Shown here: positions 1 through 11,574 of the stretch, one piece after another
How the letters are laid out: each line of letters starts with the position of its first letter
How positions within the stretch are numbered: position 1 is the stretch's first letter
The notes under the pieces: generated by a model
Told to the model about the DNA's origin: nothing
Database searches by the model: none
What the model saw: the letters and a program-made list of their open reading frames with translations, nothing else
NCBI RefSeq assembly: GCF_036321535.1
Contig: NC_087437.1
Coordinates: 29,576,001-29,640,000 of the forward strand
Source of the DNA: Camelus dromedarius
Lineage: Eukaryota
Direction of reading: 5' to 3'
Length of the DNA: 64,000 nt
Translations under genes and position numbers: made by a program

Positions 1-1037
1 CTATAGATGTTTGAAGAGGGAGATAGTACTAAATACACTAAAAAGTAAAACAAAATATAATAATGTGTAGTAGTATTCTTTGATCATTTGTATGATTGTT
101 TAAAGCACCCTGTATATGCCTGGATTTAAAGGACAGAAAAGCATATTGAGTATTTTTACTAGTGTTATTTACTAATATATCAACACTACCTCCTCCAATT
201 GCAACCGCATGGTTAGAACACTGTTTACTATGAATTGAGGTGAGGGAAATCTTCTGACAGTGAATACATGTTTAAAATTGTGATGGTTGGATCCAACTGA
301 AAGAGGAATTACTTGGTCTGTACTAAGTATAACCCTAAAAAAAAAAAAAAACTACTCAAAGGAGTTAGAAGAAAGGAAGAAAATGCAAAAAAAAATTTGT
401 ACAGAAATAATATTTCAGACACTGTCTTCCCAAGCAATGTAGTATTTAAGAAGTATCAACTCTGTGTTCATATGATTTCAACATCATTGGCTTATCCTTA
501 GTTATGTTGTAAGAATCCTTCTGAATTTACCAAAAATCCTTATATACTGTGTTCTGCTATTAAAGTTATTTTACTTTCTACTTAAATTTCTTCAATAACA
601 TGATCTTTTATATGTATTTCTGAGCCATTGACATTCTCAAGGGATGTTATGTCAGTACTTCGATAAATCCCTCAAATTTTAAGAACACAAAAGTATATTA
701 TAACTGACTTGCTCCTTTATTAGCACTTTGTCTTTCCCCTGCATATCAAACAATAAAAATTAACTACATATTTACTATCATCTTTCCCTTATTTAGTGGC
801 TGTTTTTCAGGGGAAAAAAGTCTGTATCATGTAGGGTAATGTAAAGAATAGGGAATGACAAGTAAAGCATAAAATTGTATTCTGATTGCTGACTGGCTGG
901 CTAAACAGCTTGCTAACAGACACACAAGAATTGCAATATGCCAATAAAATCCATGAATTGGCAAAATTATAAATTCTTATATGCCCTGGAATTCTTAAAT
1001 CCTAAACTTTGAATGTTGAATCTTCAAATATCAATTC

Positions 1038-1062
1038 TGTGTGTGTGTGTGTGTGTGTGTGT
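1038..1062. repeat. (TG)n microsatellite
   Basis: Pure TG dinucleotide run. Confidence 0.95.
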
Positions 1063-1264
1063 ATGATGGATTGACAAATGCTTTTTGTAAACAGCCAAAT
1101 AGTAAATATAGGTTTATTCATATACACACAAATATATGTACATTGAAATATGTATAAATTTGTATACTACTTACATACACAAGTATAATGTAAATGTATT
1201 GGCTTATCTGTCAATTTTCAAGTGTTTCAAAATTCTGTTTTCTCATATTATGTCACAATATTTT

Positions 1265-3950
1265 AAAATAAAATGTATTTTGAGATCATTGTAGATTCAC
1301 ATGCAGTTGTTAAAAAAAAATAATAGAGAGCAATCTCTGTACCCTTTACCCAGTTTTACTCAGTGGTAACATCTTGCAGAACTATAGTACAATACCATAA
1401 CTGGAATACTGACATTGATGCAATCCAGATAAGGACATTTCTATCCCCAGAAGATCCTTCATATTGCACTTCTATAACCAAACATAGTTTCTTCCCACCC
1501 ACAGTCTCTACTTAATCTCTGGCAAGCACTAATCTGTTCTCCATTTCTATACTCTTGCTATTTCAAGAATCTTATATAAATGGAATTATATACCAGGTAA
1601 ACTTTTGGGATTGGCTTTCTAATTCACTATAATTTTCTAGAGATTTATCTAGGTTATTGCATATATCAGTAATTTATTCCTTTTTATTGTTGAGTAATAT
1701 TCAATAGCATGGATGTATGGCAGTTTAATCATCCATTGGAAGACATCAGAGTTGTTTTTGAGAGATTATAAATATTTATGTTTAGGTTTTATGTGAACAT
1801 AAATCTTAATTTCTTTATGATAAGAATACCCATGAGAGCAATTGCTGGATCAAAAATTGCAGGTTTAGTTTTTAAGAACCTGCTAAAATATTGCCAGAAT
1901 GACTCAACATTTTACATTCCCACCAGCAATATATGAGTGATCCAGTTTTCCCATATCCTCACCAGCACTTTTTATTTAAAAAAAAAATACTTTTCATTTT
2001 AACCACTCTGTTAAATGTGTGGTGCTGTCTAATTGGCTAATGATGTTTAACATCTTTTTATGGCTTATTTGCCATATGTATGTTCTCTGCAGTCAGATGT
2101 CTGTTCATGCCTTTGCTCATTTTCTATTGGATTGTTTGTATTTTTACTAAGTTTTGAGACTTCTTTATATAGTGGAGATGCCAGTTCTTTCTCAGAGAGA
2201 CAGTTTGTAAATATTTTCTTCCAGTCACTAACTTCTTTCAAAGAGCAATTTCTTTTAATGAAATCTTATTTATCAGCTTTTTTTTTCATGGATTATTCTT
2301 TTGGTGTTAAGTCTAAGAACATTTCACTTAGCCCTAGATCTGAAAGATTTTACTTTATGTTTTTTCTTAAATTTTTATAGTTTACATTTTGCAATTAAGT
2401 CTGTGACCCATTTCCAGTTAATTTTTGTATAAGTTGTGAGAATTAGGTTGAATTTCTGTTTCTGATTTTTTTCCACTCTGCATAATTGGATCAAGACCAT
2501 TTATTGAAATGGTTCTTTCCTCCATTTAATTGCTTTTGCACCTTTGTCAAAAATCAGTTGGGCATGTTAATTCTATTTCTGGGTTCTCTGTTCTGTTCCA
2601 TTGATCTATATGGTTATCCCAATGCCAGCATTACACAGTTTTGGTTACTGTAGCTGTATAGTAAGCATCACAAAACGTATTAGGATATGTTCCATCATCT
2701 TTTATTTTCTGAAAGAAATTCTATAGAATTGTTGTCAGTTCTTTTTTAAATATTTGATAAAATTCTTTAGTGTAACCATGTAGGTTTGGAGATTTCTGTG
2801 AGAAGTGTTTAACTTACAAATTCGATTTCCTTAATATTTAGAGGGCTATTCAAATTGTCTATATCCTATTGAGTGAGTTGTGGTACTTTGGGTTTCTCAA
2901 GGAGTTGGCCCTTTTTGTCTAAATTGTACAATTCATGTGTATAAAGTTGTTTGAAAGCATTCCTTTATTTTCCTTTTGACATCTGCAGCATCTCTGTACT
3001 GTACTGTTTCATTCCTAATACTGGTCATTTGTGTTCTCAACTTCTTTTCTTTGTCAGTCTTCCTACAGGTTTGTCCACTTAGATCTTTTCAAAGGACCAG
3101 CTCTTTGTCTCATCTATTTTGTTTATTGTTTTTCTTTTTTCAACTTTGTTGACTTCTGTTTAAAGAATTTTCTTTAGCCATTCTTTTACGTTAGGTCTGC
3201 TAATAACAGGTTCCTTAGTTTTCTTTCATCTGAGAATGTCTCTATTTTTTCTCCATTACTGGTGAATATTTTCACTGAGCAGGGGATTCAGGTTGATAGT
3301 TATTTCCTTCAGCATTGGAAAAATATTTTGCCAATTCCTCTGGCCTCCATGATTTCTGATGAGAAATCCACGGTCATTGGAATTGCTTTTCCCTTTTAGG
3401 TAAGGTGTCATTTTTTTCTCTCTGCTAATTTTTTATTTGTCTTTAATCTTCAGATGTTTAATTATGATGTGTCTTGGCATAGATTTGTTTGGATTTACCC
3501 TGTTTGAGACTCACTATGTTTCTTAAATCTGTAGGTTTTTGTCTCTTCCCAGATTTAGGAAGTTTTCAGACATTATTTCTCTGAGTACTCCTTCAGGGCA
3601 CCCTTGTTTTTTCTCTTCTTCCGAGAATCTGATGCTATTAATGTTAGGACTTTTATTACCATCCCACAGGTCTCCAAGGAGGCTCTGTTCATAATTTTTT
3701 CAGTCATATTTTTCTCTGTTTCTCAAATTAGGTAATTTCTATTGTTCTGTCTTCTAGTTCACTGATTCTTTCCTCTGTCCCCTCCATTCTGCTCTTCAGT
3801 CCCTCCACTGAACTTTTTATTTTGGTTACTGCATTTTTCCACTCTAAAATTTCCGTTGGCTTCTTCTTTATATCTTCTATTTCTTTGTTGAGAGTTTCCA
3901 TTTCTTTGCTGAAGCTTTCCAATTTCCACTCATTTTAAGCATATTCATGA
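1265..3950 (-). mobile_element. Old LINE-1 (L1MC1/2-like) with internal deletions: 3' UTR and ORF2 end, an ORF2 fragment, and ORF1
   Basis: Starts with the reverse-complemented L1MC 3' end (ttttgagatcattgtagattcacatgcagttg). T-rich antisense ORF2 text follows. ORF 3728-3922(-) (EMETLNKEIEDIKKKPTEILEWKNAVTKIKSSVEGLKSRMEGTEERISELEDR) resembles the L1 ORF1p coiled coil. Confidence 0.85.
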
Positions 3951-3994
3951 TTACACAGAGTACACAGTCATAGTAAAGGGAGATTGCATTTTGA

Positions 3995-4610
3995 CACCGA
4001 GGCAGCAGGCCTAGAGAGTGAATGATCCTAATAATTTCAAGAGGTTAGAGGACTCCAGGAGCAATGTGTCAAGAAGAAAAAAAAAATGAAACCAGCAAAT
4101 ATGTTTGCATGTATCACTGGGAGTTTTGTAGTTTTATAATTCTGTTGGAGAATTGACTTAGAGCTAAGTAACTAGAAAACAAATCTAATTTAAATAATGA
4201 TAGATAATTATAACATCCAGAGAAAATAAAATTTATATACAAAATGAAATATCTCATAATATACTAAATGGATAAGTTATAAATATGTATAATCACAGTA
4301 TTGTCAATGATTATTGATTTCACCCATATTATAAGATTTAAAATTAGAGGAGAGTGGTATGTAGAAGGGGCTAGTAATTGGGGCAGTTACCAAGTTAATG
4401 GAGCTAAATCTTTATTATTCTTAGCAGTAAGTCAATATATAATATCTAAGGAGAACATGTACTCCTAAGGCAAATGTTCTAAAGAACTATTAAGAGAGTT
4501 AAACGTGTTTGACTCTGGAAAGTAGAAATTAGAGATGGGAAGGGCAGAGTAAATATAGGACTGTGGTTTTGTTCTTGTTGTTATAAGCCTGTAGCTCTCT
4601 AATAAAAATG
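3995..4610 (+). mobile_element. HAL1 (half-L1) 3' portion
   Basis: Motifs gcagcaggcctagagag, gagctaaatc...tagcagtaagtcaata and agagttaaacgtgtttgactctgg match the recalled HAL1 3' consensus and parallel the copy at 14050-14680. Confidence 0.7.
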
Positions 4611-4790
4611 AAGATTACATTTTTAGAAACTATATAGATTTCAACTTACATTTTAAAAGTGCTCTCCCAGTAGTGGAGTTGGTAACTAATAAACCTTTAA
4701 GTGGCCTAGGTATGTGCTGTTTGTTATTGGAAGGATTTCTGAATCGTGAACCACTTTTCAATAGTTGTAAGTCAAACAATGATATTTCTA

Positions 4791-4900
4791 TTAGAAATCC
4801 CATAATATTCTGTAAACTGTAAGAAAGTCTTTATATAATTTTTTAAGACTTCCAGCTAAATCTTCAAGGTTTCCCTGCTCCACTTTCTCTGGTATCAAAT
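4791..4900 (-). CDS. Candidate terminal coding exon of an unidentified small-protein gene: (D)LIPEKVEQGNLEDLAGSLKKLYKDFLTVYRILWDF*
   Basis: Very strong minus-strand acceptor ctctctctctctccctgtcccttctttcag (AG at 4902-4901). Open for 35 codons to TAA at 4793-4791 and in phase with the upstream exon. Non-repetitive sequence. Nearest minus-strand AATAAA is at 4416-4411. Confidence 0.6.
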
Positions 4901-5077
4901 CTGAAAGAAGGGACAGGGAGAGAGAGAGAGGAAGAAACTTTTAATATTACAAAAATAGTTTTACAAAAGTATTTTTAATACTTTCAATAAACTACAAAAA
5001 TACTTATAACAAACTGCATCAATGAAAGTTTGTCACAGGAAAAACTTATAAAAGTTTTAAAGATTTCCTTGTCCTAC

Positions 5078-5157
5078 CTGCTAGTTTCCTTTCCCTTGAC
5101 TGTGTGTCTTCATAAGTGTCTTCGTGGCTTCTCTTTGCCATTCCTTTCTGCCAAAAC
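5078..5157 (-). CDS. Candidate 80-nt internal exon: FWQKGMAKRSHEDTYEDTQSRERKLA
   Basis: Acceptor ctcctttccttttcatag and donor CAG|gtagga. A 177-nt intron to the next exon joins G|AT (Asp) in frame. Contains an ATG in strong Kozak context (ggaATGG). Confidence 0.6.
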
Positions 5158-5221
5158 CTATGAAAAGGAAAGGAGATGGTCTGAGTCTGTCATATCTTAG
5201 CATATCATAAGTCTTCATATC

Positions 5222-5600
5222 TGTTTGTAAGTTAAGCTCAGTCATGCTAGGTTAAAAGGCAAAATCTCAGTGACTTGACACAGTTTCTTTCTCAGTCCCA
5301 CAAAGTCTGCTGCAGGGTTTGGGCAGCGCTCCAGGGCAGCCAGCCTCCATGTGGTGACTCTGCATTCCAGAGCTCTTAGAACTGTTGGCACTGCCACATC
5401 AATGAATGCTTCTACAATTGCTGCAACAGAGAAAGAGACCAGAGAGAATCATGCACCAGTTCATAAATGCTTCTGCCTGGAAATGATAATTGCACTCAAA
5501 CTTCATTGACTAAATCAAGTCACAAGTCACATCTTACTTCAAAGCATGCCTGCAGGGAAAGCATTTCTAAAAATCGTGGTCAGCAATAATAATGTCCACT
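5222..5600 (-). mobile_element. MaLR LTR (MLT1L/K-like)
   Basis: aaaatctcagtgacttg...ctccagggcagccagcctccatgtggtgactc...aaatgcttctgcctggaaatga resembles old MLT1 LTRs in reverse. Confidence 0.65.
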
Positions 5601-6260
5601 GCATAATGTTACTGCTCATAAAGTCATTTAAATTTAGGCATTAATACTAGTGATGAAATGCAAGATTTTGTTCCTGTTAAAAGAATTTCAGTCACTAGTG
5701 AGGAAGGAGAAAAAGCAAATTTAGGAAAGAGATTTTGCCTGATGTTCTTTAAAAGTAAACATGCATCTGAGGAAGATGAGCACTTCAGAAAATGTGAGGT
5801 TGAAATCACCCTAAAATTATCTAATGCTTGTATTTGCAACTTGTGGGTTGCAAATCCTTTGGAAGAGCGTCTCACATTCATATTTTACCAAGAAATGTCT
5901 ATAGTTTGGAGCAATAATGCATTTTAAGCTCATTTGTGCTAATATTTTACAAATTATGAGTTCATTTAAAGATGTTAAGTTCTTAGCTACTTCATGATAC
6001 TGTCTTAATGGATGAGAGCTTTCTTTAGAGTCATCTTCCCCTACTAGCTAAGAAAAATTTTAAATGATGCATGAGGTGACTGCACATCCTTGGTTATTAT
6101 GCTGATGACTAGCATAATATCTAGCAAACCCATTATGACTCTCTAGGACCTGGGGAAATGTAAGTTTGTTGGGCGTACTATTTACTACTCATTATGGCCC
6201 AGTCATTTAATAATACTTTAAAGTTAGATTTCAATGTGTAAGATACAAATTATTTTTATT

Positions 6261-6690
6261 TGTGGTAGACCCCATAGGTATTCCCCAGATCTCCCTCCAG
6301 AAATGAAGGTCTTATTTCCCCCAGCTGCTGGAAATACTTTGAAAAGATAGCCCTCATTTATCAATCTTCTTTAGGAACTGCCTTATTGAAAAAAACTGGC
6401 TTGCCCAAGGTCATGCCTCCTCCTAAGAGTAATCAACTTCTCATGAATGGTCAAGTCATGTAAAGAAAGGGACATAAAAGTCTAATTTCCTCCTCCCAGC
6501 TCAAGAACACAGAGCTGGATCAGCTGAGTCCTCTCTGGGAGAGGATAACAACTCAACTTCTCTTTCTGCCCAGTCGTGTTTTCTTATCCTCTCTTCCTTA
6601 GGTGTTGGTCCTCAAAGCATTTTCCAATAGATATTCTACACATCAATTTTAGTACTAGAGGCTGTTCCTAGAACAGCCCAACAATGACTT
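6261..6690 (+). mobile_element. ERVL solo LTR (LTR16-like)
   Basis: TG start. The 3' part (ttctctttctgcccagtcg...aggtgttggtcctcaaagca...caatagatattctaca) resembles LTR16. Confidence 0.7.
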
Positions 6691-7239
6691 TGTCCAATGA
6701 TGACAAAAGAGATTCCTGTCCAGGAGAGATGTTAGCTCCAAAGATTATGTTTTTATTGCCTTCATGGAATTAACCAGTTTTATATCTGATTTAGCAGTTT
6801 CATCCCAGTGTTCTTTCTTTCATGGACTTTATATAATATGATTAGTTTCCAATATCTTCCATTGAACCAATTTTGTCATCTTTTTAATTTCATCATTGGT
6901 AAGTTAAATACCAGTTTGGCAAATGTTTACTATTTACTTGTATGAGAATTAGGGATTTTAAAAATATTTTAAAGCTTATAGTATCCTTCTTAAATTCTGT
7001 AACCTTAGTCCAATGTTTTTAAGTCTTAGAAGACTCAGTTTGCTCATTTGCCTCACAGAGTTTATTGCAAAGAGTTTATTGTAGAGTTATTGTCGAATGC
7101 CTACCACACAATAAGAACTCAATATGCTGTAGCTGTCACTCATATTTTCCACGGGAGTTTTTGTTATGCTTATTTCAATTGAATAATAAAAATACAAATA
7201 CTATCATATGGAAAATTATGAGAAATATTTGACACTAAA

Positions 7240-9200
7240 TATATATCCTTAGACTTATAAAAGCTAGGAACTAATGGGGTCATTCTAGAACAATGTCTTC
7301 TATGGTATAAAACTCCTCCCCAGACCTGTCTGGACATTCCGGTGAGGGAGAGCTCATTATCACTCAAAAAGTATTATTGGGAAGTTCCAACAGGTCAGAA
7401 GTTTCTCATATTAGAAAGCCAAAAACTGACTCAATTTAAATCTTCAAATACTAATCATAGCTTTCCTCCACTACATTACAGAAAAAGAAGAAAGACAAGC
7501 TAATAGTAATCGATCACATGCCATGAGCATCTCTCCGTATATACATCATATGTTTTCACTCTCCTATCAGTCCTCTGAATTAGATTATCATTATTTCAAA
7601 TTCACAGATGATAAAGCTGAATTTAGAGAGGTTAGACAACTTTCCCAAGATTACACAGGTCAAAGCCAGGATTTGAATCCAGATGTATCTGATCTCAAAG
7701 GCTTTGGTCTACTCCCGAGACAGTCTTTACTCCTCCTCTTTATTATATTGGTTTTCCTTCAAGCAAACCCCTTCTACTACCTCTTCTCCATTCATTTCAA
7801 ATCCCCAATACCCCACCCAGCAAATAAGACCTATCAGTCCCTTGTGTATCCAAAGGCTCTGAAGATCATAAACTCATAAACTTAGTTAAATCTGTCTTCC
7901 ACATTATAGCTCTTCAACATTTGGAGCTAATTACTGTATCTCCCTTGAGAGTTTTCTTTGTGCAGACATCCTTCAATTAGTTCAGTTGACTTTCCATGAC
8001 AAGATTGCAAAAATATACACTATTCTTTTTGCCTTCAGCTTAGCATGCTGGTAGACATGGACTGTCCCTCTTAAAATTCAGTACCTAAGAATGAACCTAA
8101 CGTGGTAGAAATAGTCTAACAAGTATGGGTTAGTACCTTATGATGGACTCTTATTCTGACTCTAAGCCTGTGACAGGTAGCTCAAATTCTATTAACTTTT
8201 TGGTCATTAAGTATGAGAGGTCATACTTAATAAGTAAGAGTGACCCTCCAGTGAAATGCAGTGGCTGAGATGTTTTCTTATGAGCATCTGTTTTAATGAA
8301 GACTCTCTTTTACCTGTGCAGTTGATTTCTTGAAACCAAGTACAAAATATTGTGTCATTTCCAATTAATTTTGCCTTGTCTGTTTTGGCCCATTACTTCA
8401 GCCTGTCAAGATCTCTCTCAGCCTTGATTCTGTTTTCAAATATGTCACTTAACCTCAAGCAATTCTGGTTAGTTAGCAATCTTCACAAAAATGTAGGGCA
8501 GCTAGGACTCTTATTATAGTCTTGCTGACTAAGGCAGTCAGCCTTCTTTTACATGATAATGCATACTTTGGGGGTACAGAGTTTAGAAAGCTTTCAGTCT
8601 ACCCAATTTTACCATCATCCAGGCTATATTCTTCTGTCTTGCCTAGTGCTAGTATAATCTATGGCATATAATATGGGTTTAATAAACATGTCTTAAATAT
8701 AGTAACAAATTGCCCAAAGCACATGAAGAGATATTTTGGTGAATGCCTTTCTGAAATTAACATATACTATTTCTAAAGCATTTTGTGGCCCTATCCAGTT
8801 CAAAAGCCTTGTCAATAAAGGAAATGTGATTAATCTGACATGATTTGATCATGGAAAAACAATACTGGTCTCTAGAGAGCTCTGCCTCCTTTCTAAGAGC
8901 TCACAAACTACCATTTAATAATCCGTTGCAGCATCTTTCTCATGATCATGGTGAAGCTTCTGTTCCAAATTTGTGGATCCCAGCTTCTTCATTGTTTCAA
9001 AAACTGGGTCTTCAATCACCATTTCCCATAATTTTTCAAAATAATTTTGTGATCCTCTATTAACTTCTTCCAGCTTTCCACTGGGAAAAAAAAATGGGCT
9101 TGTGGCTGAGATCTGAAGTTGTTCTACACAGATATTTGCTCAGTTTCTAGCTCCTCATATATCTTGGGCCTCAATATCTTCCTGTGGGTTCTGGTTTTTA
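7240..9200 (-). mobile_element. CR1/L3 LINE fragment, interrupted by a MIR
   Basis: Antisense L3 motifs: ggagagctcattatc, gtccctcttaaaattcagtacctaagaa, tacctgtgcagttgatttcttgaaaccaagt, ggcccattacttcagcctgtcaagatct. Confidence 0.75.
7500..7715 (-). mobile_element. MIR SINE
   Basis: cagatgataaagctgaatttagagaggttagacaactttcccaagattacacag...ccaggatttgaatccagat. Confidence 0.85.
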
Positions 9201-9461
9201 TATGAGGTACAGTTTTAAAGTTAATTAATAAGGAAAATGAAAGCAGAACAAGTGAGTTTTGTTTCCTTCAAGGAATTCTGCTTTCCCTTGGAAATTTGTT
9301 AACATTTGTTTCCTGGTATCTTGTGGAGTGTGAGGTATGTGATGTTGTCACGGGATTGTAAGGCAGAGAAAGGGTGGAGCAGATAATTTATGAAGCTGGC
9401 ATTTTGGATGGGACAGAAGATGAAGATTGGTTCCAAGGGGCTGGCAGACGATTTCACTTAC

Positions 9462-9628
9462 TTCCATGTGGGAGAGAGCAGAAAACAGAACATCTGGTGG
9501 CTGTGAGCTTATCATGATACCATCTCAGCAACATAGACTGTCCCATTTGGTCTTGGCTCTTTAATGAAGAAGCCAGAACGTATAAATACTCTGCGTGCTC
9601 TCAGGATGTTAATGTCCAGGAAGCAAGT
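9462..9628 (-). other. Candidate upstream exon (167 nt) of the minus-strand gene: 5' UTR plus a possible start, MFCFLLSPTW(K)
   Basis: Acceptor tattctctgtag and strong donor GAA|gtaagt. The ATG at 9493-9491 gives 32 nt ending in phase 2, which joins exon 5157-5078 in frame (AA|G, Lys). Confidence 0.45.
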
Positions 9629-10039
9629 CTACAGAGAATATCTAATCTAACTCTAACATTATATCATTTCCTGAGGGTACCAAAGGATTCATATTCCTAG
9701 GAGAAAGAAAGAGATGAATAAATGGACTTGTCATCACCGCAAACTCACAACTTGATTTGTTAAGACTTTTTGGTTGGTAGGGCCAATTTTGTGCCTCTGT
9801 CAGTAGAGAGACTGTGCATCAAACTGATATCCACTGATGGATGATGGCCAAACTGTGTTTATCCATGCGTTTCAAAATTTCCTCCCTTTACTTCCACTAT
9901 CACAGATATTATCAAGCAGAAAATAGACTGATTCGTTTTTGTTCTCCCCTTTCTTATGTGAATTAAACCCTAAAAGGTAACAAATATTTATAGTGTATCA
10001 GCAGTCTGCTAAATATCATAGATGCATAAGTGTGTCTGT

Positions 10040-10181
10040 ATGTAAGTGATACAACTGTTTAATCCTTACATGAATTTGATTTTTACATATATTTCCCTTT
10101 GAAAAGGTGAAGAAACTGAAATACATGGGATAGTGATAGTTAAGTTATCAAGCCCACAGAGCTAAAAAGTGAAAGAACTGG
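10040..10181 (-). mobile_element. MIR SINE split by an L1 insertion (resumes at about 10863-10915)
   Basis: ggtgaagaaactgaa...cccacagagctaaaaagtgaaaga lies before the L1; ctgggatttaagccagttctgttggattcc lies after it. Confidence 0.75.
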
Positions 10182-10857
10182 TGGAAAACAGTATGGAGAC
10201 TCCTCAAAAAACTAAGATAGACTTACCATATGATCCAACAGTCCCACTTCTTGGCATATATCCAGAGGGAACTCTAATTTGAAAAGATCCATGCACCCCA
10301 ATGTTCATAGCAGCACTATATACAGTAGCCAAGGCATGGAAGCAACCTAAATGTCCATCAACAGACGACTGGATGAAAGTTGTGGTATGTTTATACAATG
10401 AAATACTACACAGCCATAAAAAGGAATAGAATAATGCCATTTGCAGCAACATGGATGGCCCTGGAGATCATCATTTTAAGTGAAATAAGCCAGAAAAAGG
10501 AAGAAAATTACCATATGAGGAACCTAAAAAAAAGAAAAAAGAGGACACTAATGAACTCATCTACAAAACAGAAATAGACCTGCAGACATAGTAAACAATC
10601 TTATGGTTACTGGGAGAAAGGGGATGGAAAGGGATAAATTTGGGAGTTTGAGATTTGCAAATGTTAACCACTATATATAAAAATAGATAAAAAAACAAAT
10701 TTCTCCTGTGTAGCACAGGGAACTATATTCAATATCTTGTAATAACCTTTAGTGAAAAAAATATGAAAATGAATATATGTGTATATATGCAAGACTGGGA
10801 CATTGTGCTGTACACCAGAAATTGACACATTGTAACTGACTATCTTAAGTTAAAAAA
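10182..10857 (+). mobile_element. 5'-truncated L1 (ORF2 end, 3' UTR, poly(A)), camelid/artiodactyl type
   Basis: tggaaaacagtatggag...catttgcagcaacatggatggccctggaga...poly(A). TSD aaaaagtgaaaga(a/t)ctgg at 10164-10181 and 10858-10875. Confidence 0.95.
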
Positions 10858-11574
10858 AAAAAGTGAAAGATCTGGGATTTAAGCCAGTTCTGTTGGATTC
10901 CAACATTTTCTTTTAACTCCCAAGATGCATTTCCTAAGAGAAGCAATATTAAGAAAAACAAGTGTGACAAATTGGCAACAAATAAGAAGTCACAATGTTA
11001 AGACAAGAATATTTATTTAACCAAAAAAAAAGTTCTAGCTGACCTACAAAGTAATGCTTTTTTTTTTTAGCTTTTGGGAAATTCAGAATTGGCGCATTTT
11101 GAACATTGTGATATGATTTTGTATGATTTTAAAACAGTGCTTATTTGTGATCAGTAAAACTTGTAGAGAAACAGAATTTATTATGGAATTTAATAAATAC
11201 TTAAATAGAAAGCAGTTTGAATATGTCTGTGGAAGATTAAAAAGACATAGCTACACAAAAACAACAGTAAAATAAAATCTGTCACCTCTATAATTGCTTG
11301 GCAAAGTTTGTATAACCCTACTTAACATTGGGCAGTCTATTATTTGTTTCTAATTGTTTCTTGCATTATATTCTTGCTTCTTCTTTAAGTTCTCTGAGAA
11401 GACAAGATTTTAAATTTCTTTGTTGGATGTCATACACCTAGAATGGTATGTGCCACATTTATCACCCTATTAAGGATTAATGTTCTTGATCTCTCTAAAC
11501 CACACAGTGCCAGGCATACTGTAAACGTTGTCCTGATTTGATAATTTCTTGTATATGTGTTTCTGATTGTGACT

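Noticed and set aside
2060..2380. 106-aa hydrophobic, membrane-like ORF
   Set aside because: Antisense reading of T-rich L1 ORF2
3728..3922. Coiled-coil protein gene
   Set aside because: Remnant of L1 ORF1 within a decayed antisense L1
5624..5927. ORFs of 85 and 89 aa next to the candidate gene
   Set aside because: No convincing acceptor/donor pair phases them with the candidate exons, and I recognise no homology
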